Shown here piece after piece: positions 8,738 to 18,102 of a DNA stretch of 64,000 nucleotides (its first letter is position 1; each line of letters begins with the position of its first letter). The notes beneath the pieces are model-generated. The model made no database searches. It was not told where the DNA came from and saw only the letters and a program-made list of their open reading frames with translations. The position numbers and the translations under genes were made by a program. This DNA comes from Lewinellaceae bacterium (GTDB lineage Bacteria; Bacteroidota; Bacteroidia; Chitinophagales; Saprospiraceae), in assembly GCA_037445225.1 (NCBI GenBank), contig JBBIKW010000009.1, positions 96,192-160,191 of the forward strand, given 5' to 3'.

Positions 8738-9931
8738 ATGGAGAGCAAAACTGCTGTCGAAACGCCTCCAGTGGTGAGCGCCCCTGTCTTGATAAAGGCG
8801 GCAAAAGCCCATGTTTTACACTTGTGGAACGAGCGCTACGATGGACGGCTGACCTTCCACAACTACGCACAGGCGGCCGAGGTGGCGGAACAGGTGGCCC
8901 TGTTGGCCCGCGAAGAGGGCGTTTCGAGCGACGTCGCTGAGGCGGCGCTGTTGGCGGCTTGGTTTTTCAACGCCGGCTACTTAGATAACCCCAAAGCGCC
9001 GGCAGATGCAGCCGGCATCCGCGCCGAGTTTTTCCTAATAAACCAGCGCTGCGCTCCCGACCTCATTCGCCGCGTGCGCCAATGTATTGCGGCTGCCTAT
9101 GAAGAGGCACTCCCACCTTCGCAGGAAGCCATGCTTTTGCGCGACGCTATCGCCCTAACCGATTGGGGAAAAGGTGCTGAAGAGCGCCTCAAACTCTTGC
9201 GCTTGGAAGAGATGCTCCTGGAGGGAAAGACCTTTTCCGATGCCGAATGGGAACAACAAGTAGCCGAACGCCGCCAGCGCGTGCGCTTCTACACGGCCTA
9301 CGCCAAGCGCCATTTCGAACCAATATTGGCCCTGCAAAAGGCCTCACCTCCGGAAAAATCGCCCAAATGCGAGCGCCCGCGCGAACGGTTTGAGCGGCTG
9401 GCGCGCCGACCGCTCCGATCCAGCATTCAAACCTATTTTCGCGCCAACTACGCCAACCACATCCGCCTCAGCGCCATAGCCGACAACAAGGCCCACATCA
9501 TGATCAGCATCAACTCCATCCTATTGTCGGTGGCCATCTCCATGCTGACCTACCAAACGCTGACCGACCAGAACCCGCTTTACGTGCTGCCCATCATCAC
9601 TTTCTTGGTGACCAGCTTAGCCTCGCTCACGTTCGCCGTGCTCTCTTCGCGCCCGCGCGTAACGAGCGTCCTGCCCACTCCAGGCCGGATACCCAACCCC
9701 GTCTTCTTTGGCAGCTTTGTCCACTTGACGTTAGATCAATACGAAGAAGCCACCGACGCCATGCTGCGCGACGGACGGCTGCTCTTTGGCAACATGACGC
9801 GCGACCTATACTGCCTCGGCTTGGTGCTCGACAAAAAGTACCGACTGCTTACTTATTCCTATACGGTCTTCCTGATGGGCTTTGTCGCTACGGTAGGCGC
9901 CTTTTTGGGCGCTTACTTTCTGGGGGAGTGA
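8738..9931 (+). CDS. HD-like domain fused to a Pycsar-effector-like (DUF5706) membrane domain
   Basis: 397 aa from the ATG at 8738. The C-terminal half has SAIADNKAHIMISINSILLSVAISML, two or more further TM helices and RDLYCLGLVLDKKYRLLTYSYTVFLMGF, which I recognise as the DUF5706 family. The N-terminal half resembles the HD domain that normally precedes it, but with altered ligand positions. Confidence 0.65.
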   Translation: MESKTAVETPPVVSAPVLIKAAKAHVLHLWNERYDGRLTFHNYAQAAEVAEQVALLAREEGVSSDVAEAALLAAWFFNAGYLDNPKAPADAAGIRAEFFLINQRCAPDLIRRVRQCIAAAYEEALPPSQEAMLLRDAIALTDWGKGAEERLKLLRLEEMLLEGKTFSDAEWEQQVAERRQRVRFYTAYAKRHFEPILALQKASPPEKSPKCERPRERFERLARRPLRSSIQTYFRANYANHIRLSAIADNKAHIMISINSILLSVAISMLTYQTLTDQNPLYVLPIITFLVTSLASLTFAVLSSRPRVTSVLPTPGRIPNPVFFGSFVHLTLDQYEEATDAMLRDGRLLFGNMTRDLYCLGLVLDKKYRLLTYSYTVFLMGFVATVGAFLGAYFLGE

Positions 9932-11421
9932 GCCGTGGCAGCGAGGAGGGCCGCTTGCATCTTTTCCAAAAACAACTGGGACCTTTGGCGCGCGGAGCCA
10001 ATACACACGGCACCGAGCTTGCCGCATTGCGACAGGGCACCGATGAGGAGAAAGACGACTCCCTCCTGTATCGCTGCGTCGTAGTGAATGCCGTAGCAAA
10101 CGGCTGTGTCCAGCAGGTCTTCGGGGGTTAGCCCCCTGTAGGCTTCGGAATAAAGGTTGTCGGTAGCGTAGTAACAGCGCGTGCGGCCGTTAGGCATCCG
10201 GTATATGCCTGCGCCATAGTCGTAGTGGCCGTCTGTGAGAAATTGGAGCATCAAGAACGGATGCGTAGTGCCTCCTTTTCGAAGGTTTATCTCTATGGCG
10301 TAATGCTTCCACAGGCCATTGGGCTCTTTTACGGAGACAAAGTCGACGCTAAAACGGCCTACGACGCCTTCTTCGGCGAGCTGCTCTGCGATGCGATAGC
10401 CTATTTGTCCAATGGCGCCGGCATAGGTCGACCGAGCCGGAAAGGTGGCGCCCAAGTACACCTGTTGGTGGTGACCGCCTAAAACCTGGGCGTGGGTAGA
10501 CACGACCTCAATCTGCCGCAAGGGCGTGATACGGCACTGCACGGAAGGCGAGGTTTTTTCTACGCCGTCGATAAAGGCTTCTACGATCCCACCCATCTGG
10601 CGCATCTTTTCGGCGAAGAGGGCATAGGTCATGCCTTCGGCTACCCACTGCAAGCGGTCGCCCAAGTCGTCTTCCGACTGGGGCAGCCCGTACTTTTCAT
10701 AAGAATACACGGCGTTGCCGTCGCCTGAAAAGCCGTCGTTGAGCTTCACCACTGCTTTTTTCAAGGGAGGGCTTTCGCCTTTCAGTTGCCGAAGTGCCTG
10801 AACGACGTCGCGCATATCGCGCAAGCCCTCGTAGCCCGCTGGCAGAAGCACTTCGGCTCTTCGAAAGATAGCTCGACTGCCCGCCTTGGTGCCCCAGTGG
10901 CTCAGCCAGTGCGGAGTCCCGTAGATGGGGATGCCCAGCTATACAGCCAATGCGTGTTCCATGGGCGTCACGTTAAACGCCACCATATGCGCTACATAAC
11001 CAGCAGGTATGCTTTGCCGAATCCGTTCTATCAAGCGAGGGCGTTCCAAAATTTTTTCCGTTAGCGGGCGTGCAGAGGCATCGTAACAGCTGAGCAGCGT
11101 TAGGCGACGGCATGCGTGGGAGGAAGGAATACCCGGCAGCAGATGTAGGTAGTAATCCACAATAGACGCGTCTACAGGGAGACTGGTGACGTAGACAAGA
11201 TGGGTCCGCGGCATGCGGAGCAACATCAGTAGGCACAAAAGCCGCTCTTCGTAGTGGCTGATGCCCGCTATTTTGGCCAAAATCTCTTGGTCGAGCGTTT
11301 GGCTGGGGATAACCACCACCGTTTTTGGCGCCAATGGGTTGGGAAACTGGTGTTCAAACTGGCTCACCAGCTGGCCCTGCAACTGCTCAAAAAAGCCTTG
11401 ACCTCCGATCTCTACCTGCAT
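9913..11421 (-). pseudogene. PGM1-like ATP-grasp peptide ligase gene interrupted by an in-frame TAG
   Basis: Track ORFs 10939..11448 and 9913..10851 are in the same frame. Reading through gives …MEHALAV-TAG(10941-10939)-LGIPIYGTPHWLSHWGTKAGSRAIFRRAEVLLPAGYEG…. This joins a pre-ATP-grasp region to an ATP-grasp domain (VVKLNDGFSGDGN, EINLRKGGTTHP). The likely start is the ATG at 11421. Confidence 0.7.
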
Positions 11422-11564
11422 TGTGCAGATATAAAAAACTGCCGACAAGTCTACGAGGCGCTCGAACTATAGCCACTGAGATGTGTTGGTACAGGCGATG
11501 ACTTTTCGCAGGAGCTGCCGCAGCATCGCAAGCGAAGTAGGCACTTTCTGAAGGCGAAAACCCT

Positions 11565-11572
11565 TACCTTTG
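11565..11572 (+). promoter_or_regulatory. -7 promoter box TACCTTTG
   Basis: Exact octamer 28 nt upstream of the ATG at 11600. Confidence 0.45.
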
Positions 11573-11599
11573 TGAGAGAAAGACAAGCCCACCATTTCT

Positions 11600-11821
11600 A
11601 TGTTAAGTCATTGGCTTAAGGATTTGGTAGAGCGCCGTGCTTTCGGCGTTTGCCAGTATTTGGGCGAAAAGATGTGCATTGCGCCGGCAGAAGTGCGTAA
11701 GTATTTCATTTATACGTCTTTCATCACGATGGGCTCACCCCTCATCGTATATTTAGTCATTGCTTTTTGGGTCAACATCCGCCGATATATACGGCGCGGC
11801 CAGAGCATTTTGTGGGAGTAA
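11600..11821 (+). CDS. PspC domain-containing small membrane protein
   Basis: 73 aa. AFGVCQYLGEKMCIAPAEVRKYFIYTSFITMGSPLIVYLVIAFWV matches the PspC-domain pattern (G[VI]C.G[LI]..Y…...R..F, then a TM helix). Confidence 0.6.
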   Translation: MLSHWLKDLVERRAFGVCQYLGEKMCIAPAEVRKYFIYTSFITMGSPLIVYLVIAFWVNIRRYIRRGQSILWE

Positions 11822-11839
11822 AGGGCTACGCCATTGGGT

Positions 11840-11873
11840 GCGCTGCCCGACAGAGGAGTGGATCGGGCAGCGC
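11840..11873. terminator. GC-rich hairpin between convergent genes (no U-tract)
   Basis: GCGCTGCCCGA-12 nt-TCGGGCAGCGC, an 11-bp perfect stem. It lies between the stop codons at 11821 (+) and 11888 (-). No T-run on either side. Confidence 0.4.
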
Positions 11874-11887
11874 ACGACGAGGTGCTC

Positions 11888-14800
11888 TTATCGGTCGTTG
11901 CCGCCGGAGGAGCGCTGTTTGCGGATTTCCTCCTGTAGGCGCTGCAGCTCTGCTTGTGCTTTTTGAATGTCGGCTTGCAGGGCGCTCAGTTGTTGTTGTG
12001 CCCGGTCGAGTTCCTGTTGTTTTTGAGCGAGTTCTTGCTGTTTTTGTGCGATTTTCTGTTGCTCATCGCGGATGCGCTGGCCAACTTCAGTTCGGATGCG
12101 AGCGATTTCAGCAGTGCTTTCTTCGCGGGCAGACTGGACGGCCAGGGCGGCTTCCTTTTGCGCAGTGGCGGCTTCTTCGGCAGCGCGCTTGCGAGCCGCT
12201 TCTATCTCGTCGGCGTATTGGCGGCGCTTTGCTTCGGCCTCTTTGCGGGCGTTGGCAATTTCTTGAGCGGTCTGATTGCGCGTCTCTTCTATTTCGCGAC
12301 GGGCATGCTCTTGGGCCTCGCTGACCTCGCGGGCCAAGGCTGCCTTGCGCGCTTCGGCTTCGCGATTAGCCTGCGCGATAGCTTCTAAGGCCTGCTGCTT
12401 GGCGACGGCTACCTCTCGAGCCGCATTTTCCTTGGCCTTCGACACCTCGGCTGCGGCTTCTTCGCGGGCTTTAGCCACCGCTTCGGCGCTCTCTTGTCGG
12501 GCGCGGGCAGCGTTTTCGCGAGCGACCTTTACCTCTTCAGCAGACTGCTGATTGGCAGCGGCAATTTCTTGAGCGGCGCGCTCGCGAGCAGCAGCCACCT
12601 CGGTAGCTAGGCGCTGGCGCTCCTGAGCGGCGTTCTCCCGCGCTATGCGGATGCTGTCGGCTTCGGCGCTGCGGATGAGGGCAATGGCCTGTGCGCTCTG
12701 GCGCTTGGCCTCGGCAACGGCATTGGCCGCCTCTTGCTGCGCGCGCACAGCGGACTCTTTAGCGGCAGCGATCTCTTGCGCGGCGCGCTCACGGGCAGCC
12801 GCTACCTCCGCTGCTGCGCGCTCGCGCGATAGCTGCATCTCTTGAAGGGTACTCTGAGTCACCTGTTGTTGTTTCTGCTTGGCCTCTGCTATAGCTGCTG
12901 CCGCCTCTTGTTGAATCTGCTGTAGCCGCTGCTCGGCGGTCTGCTTAGAAGCGTTGATCTCTTCCACGTATTTGCGTTGGGCCTCTTCTGCCTGGGCGTT
13001 GACCGCTAAGACCCGCGCGCGCGCCTCCTCCTGTGCTTTGGCTATTTCTTGAGCGGCGCGCTCACGGGCGCGCTGCACCTCTTCGGCACTCTCCTGGCGA
13101 ATGCGCGCCTCCTTTTCCTTGATAGCCGCAATGGCTTTGTTGGTCTCCTCCTGGATCTTAGCGATCTCGTCGGCCGCGCGCTGGCGGGCGGTTTGTACTG
13201 CAGCAGCGATAGAGTCGCGCTGGGCCTGGGCGCGGCTTTGGGCTTCGGCAATAGCTCGATTGGCCTCATCTTGGATTTGCTGCACGCTCTGAGCGGCGCG
13301 CTGGCGGCTTTCCGCTATCTCTTTGGCGATAGTCATCTTTTCTTGCTCGGCTTGTTCGCGCTGCAGCTGCACCTCGCGCCGAATGCGCTCGATTTCCTCC
13401 AAAGCGCGCTTTCTCGCCTCAGCCACCTCCAATGCGCTGGCTTCCTTTTGCTTGGCCACGCTCTCGCGCAAGTCGGCTAATTCAGCGGCGTTGTTCTGTT
13501 CCAAAAGAGACTTCTCTTCGGCCGCTTTGCGACGCGCCTCAGAGAGATCGTTGGCAATGCGCTGTTTTTCTAAGACGGCGTTCTCCCGCGCGCGGGCCAC
13601 TTCATTAGCGGCTTCTTCCCGTATGCGGAGCACTTCATCGGCTGCAGTGCGCTTGGCCTCCTGGACGTCGTCCACCGTCTTTTCTTTTTCTTGGGCAGCA
13701 AGTTGGCGCGCTTCGGCCACCATTCGGGCATTCTCCTCTCGAATGCGGCGTATCTCCGCCTCGGCGTTGGCGCGGGCCGTCGATACCTCGTCATTGTATT
13801 GAAGTTTAGCCTGCTCTAGCCGCTCTTTGATACGGGCGATCTCGGCAGCGGCATCGTCGCGCGCTTTTTTGACCTCCTCCGCAGCCGTTAGGCGCGCCTT
13901 TTGGATTTCCTCCGCCGCCTTCCGGCGTTCTTCTTCGACGTTTAGCTGCAAGACCTGACTGACGGAGTCGGCGCGACTTCGGCTTTCGGCGATGGCGGCC
14001 TGTGCTTCGGCACGCGCCTTTTCGATCTCGGCCAAACTAGCTTTTCGGGCAGCGAGCACCTCGTCGGCGTATTCGCGCTTTTTCTGATTGGCCGCTTCAC
14101 GGGCAGCCGCTACCTCTTGCTGGATTTGGAGCTTGATGGCCTCTGCGCGCTCGCGCTCCGCCTTGATTTCCGCGCGCACCTCTTCTTTTACCCTTTCTAA
14201 ATCGCGACGCAAAGAGACCAGCTCTTCATCGGCAACCGGTGCGCCAGCAGAAGCCGGCCGAGTGGTCGTAGGAGCGTCGGCTGACGGTTTTCTCGATACT
14301 GGACCGCTGCTAACGGAAGGATTGCTGTTCTTACGCACTACTTCAGCTCCCGGCACATCCTTAACCGCACCCTCTTCTAAAACACTGTAAAAACAAGCGC
14401 ACAGTTTCTGAAATTCACTTTGGCGATTTGGGTTGACCGTGAACTTGTACTTCTGGCGCTCGACAAAATTGACGAAATGCACCTCAGTAATTAGAGTGGT
14501 GGCCAGCCATCGCACCGCATCTATGTCTAACCTTAGGTTGTTGCGATGCGTAGGTACATTTCCTGCCACAAGCTCTCCCAAGGAGACGAACTTATAAATG
14601 CGCTCTCGCCCGGTGGAGTCCACAAAGATGACTTGGTCATCCTGGTTGAGCTCAGTGCCCCCCACGGAAGTCACGCGAGCGTAGATGCCTCTCTCGTCCG
14701 TAAAAAAGGCGATGCCGTAATTGTAACTGCCGCGCACTATCACCGTGGTGTTGTCGGTGCGGACAATTTGCACGCCCGCCACCTTCTTGTTTTCCTTGAT

Positions 14801-14896
14801 AAGCACCGAACAGTCTTGAGCAGGAAGGTATGTACTGCTAAAGAGACAAAAAAAAGCAAGGAGTACTTGTGTGCGAAGAAGAGTAAAAGATGCCAT
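11888..14896 (-). CDS. secreted 1002-aa protein: about 150-aa N-terminal globular domain, a P/S/T linker, and about 770 aa of hendecad-repeat alpha-helix
   Basis: Signal peptide MASFTLLRTQVLLAFFCLFSSTYLPAQ. From about residue 222 the sequence is A/E/R/K/Q-rich with an 11-residue period (AAEEIQKARLT/AAEEVKKARDD/AAAEIARIKER…). The tail is Q-rich (QQKIAQKQQELAQKQQELDRAQQQL). Confidence 0.8.
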   Translation of the reverse strand: MASFTLLRTQVLLAFFCLFSSTYLPAQDCSVLIKENKKVAGVQIVRTDNTTVIVRGSYNYGIAFFTDERGIYARVTSVGGTELNQDDQVIFVDSTGRERIYKFVSLGELVAGNVPTHRNNLRLDIDAVRWLATTLITEVHFVNFVERQKYKFTVNPNRQSEFQKLCACFYSVLEEGAVKDVPGAEVVRKNSNPSVSSGPVSRKPSADAPTTTRPASAGAPVADEELVSLRRDLERVKEEVRAEIKAERERAEAIKLQIQQEVAAAREAANQKKREYADEVLAARKASLAEIEKARAEAQAAIAESRSRADSVSQVLQLNVEEERRKAAEEIQKARLTAAEEVKKARDDAAAEIARIKERLEQAKLQYNDEVSTARANAEAEIRRIREENARMVAEARQLAAQEKEKTVDDVQEAKRTAADEVLRIREEAANEVARARENAVLEKQRIANDLSEARRKAAEEKSLLEQNNAAELADLRESVAKQKEASALEVAEARKRALEEIERIRREVQLQREQAEQEKMTIAKEIAESRQRAAQSVQQIQDEANRAIAEAQSRAQAQRDSIAAAVQTARQRAADEIAKIQEETNKAIAAIKEKEARIRQESAEEVQRARERAAQEIAKAQEEARARVLAVNAQAEEAQRKYVEEINASKQTAEQRLQQIQQEAAAAIAEAKQKQQQVTQSTLQEMQLSRERAAAEVAAARERAAQEIAAAKESAVRAQQEAANAVAEAKRQSAQAIALIRSAEADSIRIARENAAQERQRLATEVAAARERAAQEIAAANQQSAEEVKVARENAARARQESAEAVAKAREEAAAEVSKAKENAAREVAVAKQQALEAIAQANREAEARKAALAREVSEAQEHARREIEETRNQTAQEIANARKEAEAKRRQYADEIEAARKRAAEEAATAQKEAALAVQSAREESTAEIARIRTEVGQRIRDEQQKIAQKQQELAQKQQELDRAQQQLSALQADIQKAQAELQRLQEEIRKQRSSGGNDR
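11914..14233 (-). repeat. intragenic degenerate tandem repeats (33-nt / 11-codon unit)
   Basis: Repeated peptide blocks such as VAAARERAAQEIAAA occur twice exactly. Repeated DNA strings such as TTCTTGAGCGGCGCGCTC occur near 12565, 13045 and, in diverged form, near 12775 and 13275. The compositional symmetry also generates many spurious antisense ORFs. Confidence 0.7.
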
Positions 14897-15345
14897 ATAC
14901 AGAGATTTAAGTGATGGAGTAGAAACGGCTTCACCTATAAGCTATTTCAACTGCGCGCTTTTTAACAGCGGTATGAGCTAAGCGAGCGTAACAAGTGAAT
15001 TAAGATGCAAAAAAGCAAAAAAAGAGCGACTGTTTACAAAGAAGTCTCGAGTTCTACACAGGACATAGCAATAGAAGCAATCAGCATGGCTGTAAGACGT
15101 AAAGGTTAGCATCCCTTTTCTTAGCGCGCTTGTTGCCGGTGATTTTAGCTGTGCGCTTAAAGGGATCAGACTATCTCTGTCGACAAATGGATGCCTTGCC
15201 GCTCTTTTTTACAGAGTGTCGACCTTAGCCAGCCCTTAACTAAAGTGTTATTTTAGGTTAAATCAGCCAACAATATCTGCTGTCTTTGCGTCTAATGTTT
15301 GCTTAGGCAGCAAGTCTTTGAAGACTGTCCTCCATCTTTGTTAAA

Positions 15346-18099
15346 ATGCCAACATACATGAGCAAAACCATCCTGAACGCTATTTTAGGAGTAATGTTAG
15401 GGTATGGTGCCGTAGCGCAGCCCCCTAACGATAATTGCACCAATCCCATCGCCCTTCCCAACGTATCCAATTATTGCAGCGGAGCAGGCGCTTTCACCAA
15501 TGTGGGCGCTACACCGTCGGGGTACGGCGCCGCTACGTGTTTTGGCTTGGCTTCCAATGATGTGTGGTTTTCTTTTGTCGCGCAGGCGACCGATGTCACC
15601 GTAGTGGTGCGCGGTGCGACGCAGCAGGCACCTGGAGGGACCCTTCGCAACCCACAAGTGGCTATCTATGCGGGTACTTGCGGCGGAACTCTTAGCCAGC
15701 TCGCGTGCCAAAGCTCGACCAACAACACCCATATTGCCGAAGTGAGCAAGAGCGGCCTGTTCGTGGGCACTACCTACCTTATCCGCGTACAGGGCTTTAA
15801 TAATGCCACCGGTACTTTCCAGCTATGTATCAACAACTTCAATCCGCCGGCCATCCCTACTTCCGACTGCCCTACCGCAGCGCTGTTGTGCGATAAGTCG
15901 CCCTTCGTGGTCAAGAGCGTGACGGGGGCCGGCAACAACATCACTGAGCTCAACGACGCTGCGTGCTTTTCGGGAGGAGCCCCCATCAACTACGAGAGCA
16001 ACTCCACCTGGTTTGTCTGGATCTGTGACCAGCCGGGTACACTGACTTTTACGTTAACTCCACTCAGCCCACCCGACGACTTGGACTTCGTCGTCTACCG
16101 ACTGCCCAACGGCGTGGGCAATTGCCAGGGCAAACAGGTGGTGCGCTGCATGGCCAGCGGCGACTTCTTCTTTCCCAGCCCTTGCATGGGCCCTACTGGG
16201 TTGCGCGAGGGGGAAACGCGCACCAGTGTACCGGCAGGTTGTAATTTTCCTAACCCGACGACTTGGGCAGCACCGCTCAACATGCAGTCGGGCGAAGTAT
16301 ATGCCCTTTGCGTAAACAACTTCACCAGCAGTGGCAACGGCTTCTCCATCGAATTCGGCGGAACAGGCACTTTCTTAGGTCCCAAAGCGGCCTTTTCGGC
16401 TAACCCTTCCGCCATCTGTTTAGGCAGCCCTGTAGAGTTTACCGATGCCTCTACCTTTGCCTTGGGCAATATTACCGCCTACAATTGGAGCTTTGGCCCT
16501 ACCGCTACGCCGAGCACTGCTACCGGCAAAGGGCCTCATTCGGTGATATTCTCGGAGCCGGGCATACACCCAGTCGTGCTCCAAATAGAGACTAACTTAG
16601 GCTGTAAGATCACCACCATCCAAAACGTAACGGTTTATCCCGATGTCGAGGTAGACACCCTTATCGCCGCACCCGACTGCAACGGCGGTACGAACGGCGA
16701 AATCATCATTACCAACATCGAAAAAGGGACGCCGCCCTACCTGTACAGCTGGCAAGGCGGCCCATTTACGGCGAGCAATCGCCTATCAAACCTGTCGGTG
16801 GGGACGTATAACCTGGTGATCCGAGATGCCAATAACTGTGAGACGTCGCTCGATATCGAGGTGAAGGAAAAAGAGCTCACCGTCGAAGCGGACGTCGCCA
16901 AGCCGCTGTGCACAGGCGATGCCAACGGCGTCATCACGTTAAAGGTGACCAACGGCACGCCGCCTTTCCAATTCAACTGGGGCAACGGCTTTGTTCCCAA
17001 CAACAGTCAGGGGGGCTTCTCTGCCGGCGTATACACCATCTTGGGCGTAGACGCCGAGCTGTGCAAGGGCACCTTCGTCGTAACCGTTACGGATAATCCG
17101 CCGCTAACCCTCGAAATGGATACCCTCAACATCAGCTGTTACGGCGCCAACGATGGTCGGGGAGTGGCCCTCCCCGGAGGCGGGGTAGGCAACTACACCT
17201 ACCAATGGAGCCAAAACAGTAGTAGCGCTACTGCGGAGCAGCTGGGCCCTGGGCAATATTTCGTTACGGTGACGGACGGCAACGGCTGCACTATAGTGGG
17301 AAGCGTCTATATAGAAGAACCCGAGCGTATCCAAACGCAGCTGTTGGGCGTCACCCATCTGCGGTGCAATGGCGTGCCGGAAGGTGCCGTTTCAGTGGGT
17401 GCCCAGGGCGGAAGCCCTCCTTACCAGTATAGCGTCGACAATCGCCCTTTCGCGCCCTCACCGCGGCTTGACGGTTTGCTTGCCGGCGAGTACTGGGTTA
17501 AGGTGCGCGACGCCAATGGGTGCTTGGACTCGGTTTTTGCTGTCATCAATCAGCCGCCACCGCTCGAGGTATCTGCTGAACCTGAAGAAGTCACGCTCGA
17601 CTTAGGCTACACCGAGCAACTTCGCACGTTGACCACTCCAATAGGTCGCCCCGTAACCTTTAACTGGGTACCCTCTACAGGGCTAAGCTGCGTCGACTGC
17701 CCAGCTCCTACCCTTACGGCAGTTCAAAATACGGTGTACATCGTGCAAATCACCGACGAAGACGGCTGTATAGCTATTGACTCCGTAAGGCTCATCGTGC
17801 GCGACGAACGGCCTATCTACATACCCAACGTAATAGGGCCCGACAAGCCTTTCCCGAACAACTATTTCACGCTTTTTGGCGGACCAGCGGCCGAAAGCAT
17901 TGAAAAGCTCCGCATCTACGATCGCTGGGGAAGCTTGGTTTTCGAAGCCAACAATATTTCTCTCAACGACCCTTATTTGGGATGGGATGGCACTTTTCGC
18001 GGCCAATCAGTAGACGGTGTCTTTACCTTTTACGCCATCGTTCGCTTTGTCGACCAGCGCCAAATTTTGTACGAGGGCAGTGTCACTGTCGTGCGTTGA
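15346..18099 (+). CDS. T9SS cargo: SprB-repeat / PKD-like adhesin with gliding-motility type-B C-terminal domain
   Basis: 917 aa. Signal peptide. About four SprB-type repeats (CNGGTNGEIIITNIEKGTPPYLYSW, CTGDANGVITLKVTNGTPPFQFNW…). C-terminus YIPNVIGPD…RIYDRWGSLVFE…GWDGTFRG…GVFTFYAIV…VTVVR. Confidence 0.85.
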   Translation: MPTYMSKTILNAILGVMLGYGAVAQPPNDNCTNPIALPNVSNYCSGAGAFTNVGATPSGYGAATCFGLASNDVWFSFVAQATDVTVVVRGATQQAPGGTLRNPQVAIYAGTCGGTLSQLACQSSTNNTHIAEVSKSGLFVGTTYLIRVQGFNNATGTFQLCINNFNPPAIPTSDCPTAALLCDKSPFVVKSVTGAGNNITELNDAACFSGGAPINYESNSTWFVWICDQPGTLTFTLTPLSPPDDLDFVVYRLPNGVGNCQGKQVVRCMASGDFFFPSPCMGPTGLREGETRTSVPAGCNFPNPTTWAAPLNMQSGEVYALCVNNFTSSGNGFSIEFGGTGTFLGPKAAFSANPSAICLGSPVEFTDASTFALGNITAYNWSFGPTATPSTATGKGPHSVIFSEPGIHPVVLQIETNLGCKITTIQNVTVYPDVEVDTLIAAPDCNGGTNGEIIITNIEKGTPPYLYSWQGGPFTASNRLSNLSVGTYNLVIRDANNCETSLDIEVKEKELTVEADVAKPLCTGDANGVITLKVTNGTPPFQFNWGNGFVPNNSQGGFSAGVYTILGVDAELCKGTFVVTVTDNPPLTLEMDTLNISCYGANDGRGVALPGGGVGNYTYQWSQNSSSATAEQLGPGQYFVTVTDGNGCTIVGSVYIEEPERIQTQLLGVTHLRCNGVPEGAVSVGAQGGSPPYQYSVDNRPFAPSPRLDGLLAGEYWVKVRDANGCLDSVFAVINQPPPLEVSAEPEEVTLDLGYTEQLRTLTTPIGRPVTFNWVPSTGLSCVDCPAPTLTAVQNTVYIVQITDEDGCIAIDSVRLIVRDERPIYIPNVIGPDKPFPNNYFTLFGGPAAESIEKLRIYDRWGSLVFEANNISLNDPYLGWDGTFRGQSVDGVFTFYAIVRFVDQRQILYEGSVTVVR

Positions 18100-18102
18100 G
18101 CG

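Noticed and set aside
8738-9931. Possibility that this locus is a complete Pycsar (cyclic-pyrimidine) defence system.
   Set aside because: Only the effector-like TM module is present and no cyclase gene is adjacent. The HD plus DUF5706 architecture is, to my recollection, a widespread housekeeping-like family in Bacteroidota.
10939-10941. TAG read as a sense codon or by programmed read-through in the ATP-grasp gene.
   Set aside because: TAG terminates argS (3027-3029) and the TPR gene (3839-3841) in this window, so there is no reassignment. I see no read-through context. A nonsense mutation or sequencing error is simpler.
11767-14390. More than ten plus-strand ORFs of 60-185 aa inside the hendecad-repeat gene.
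   Set aside because: They are antisense to a low-complexity GCN/GAR/CGN-rich gene and their translations are A/S/R/L strings. The minus-strand frame has a signal peptide, a globular domain and one uninterrupted 1002-codon frame.
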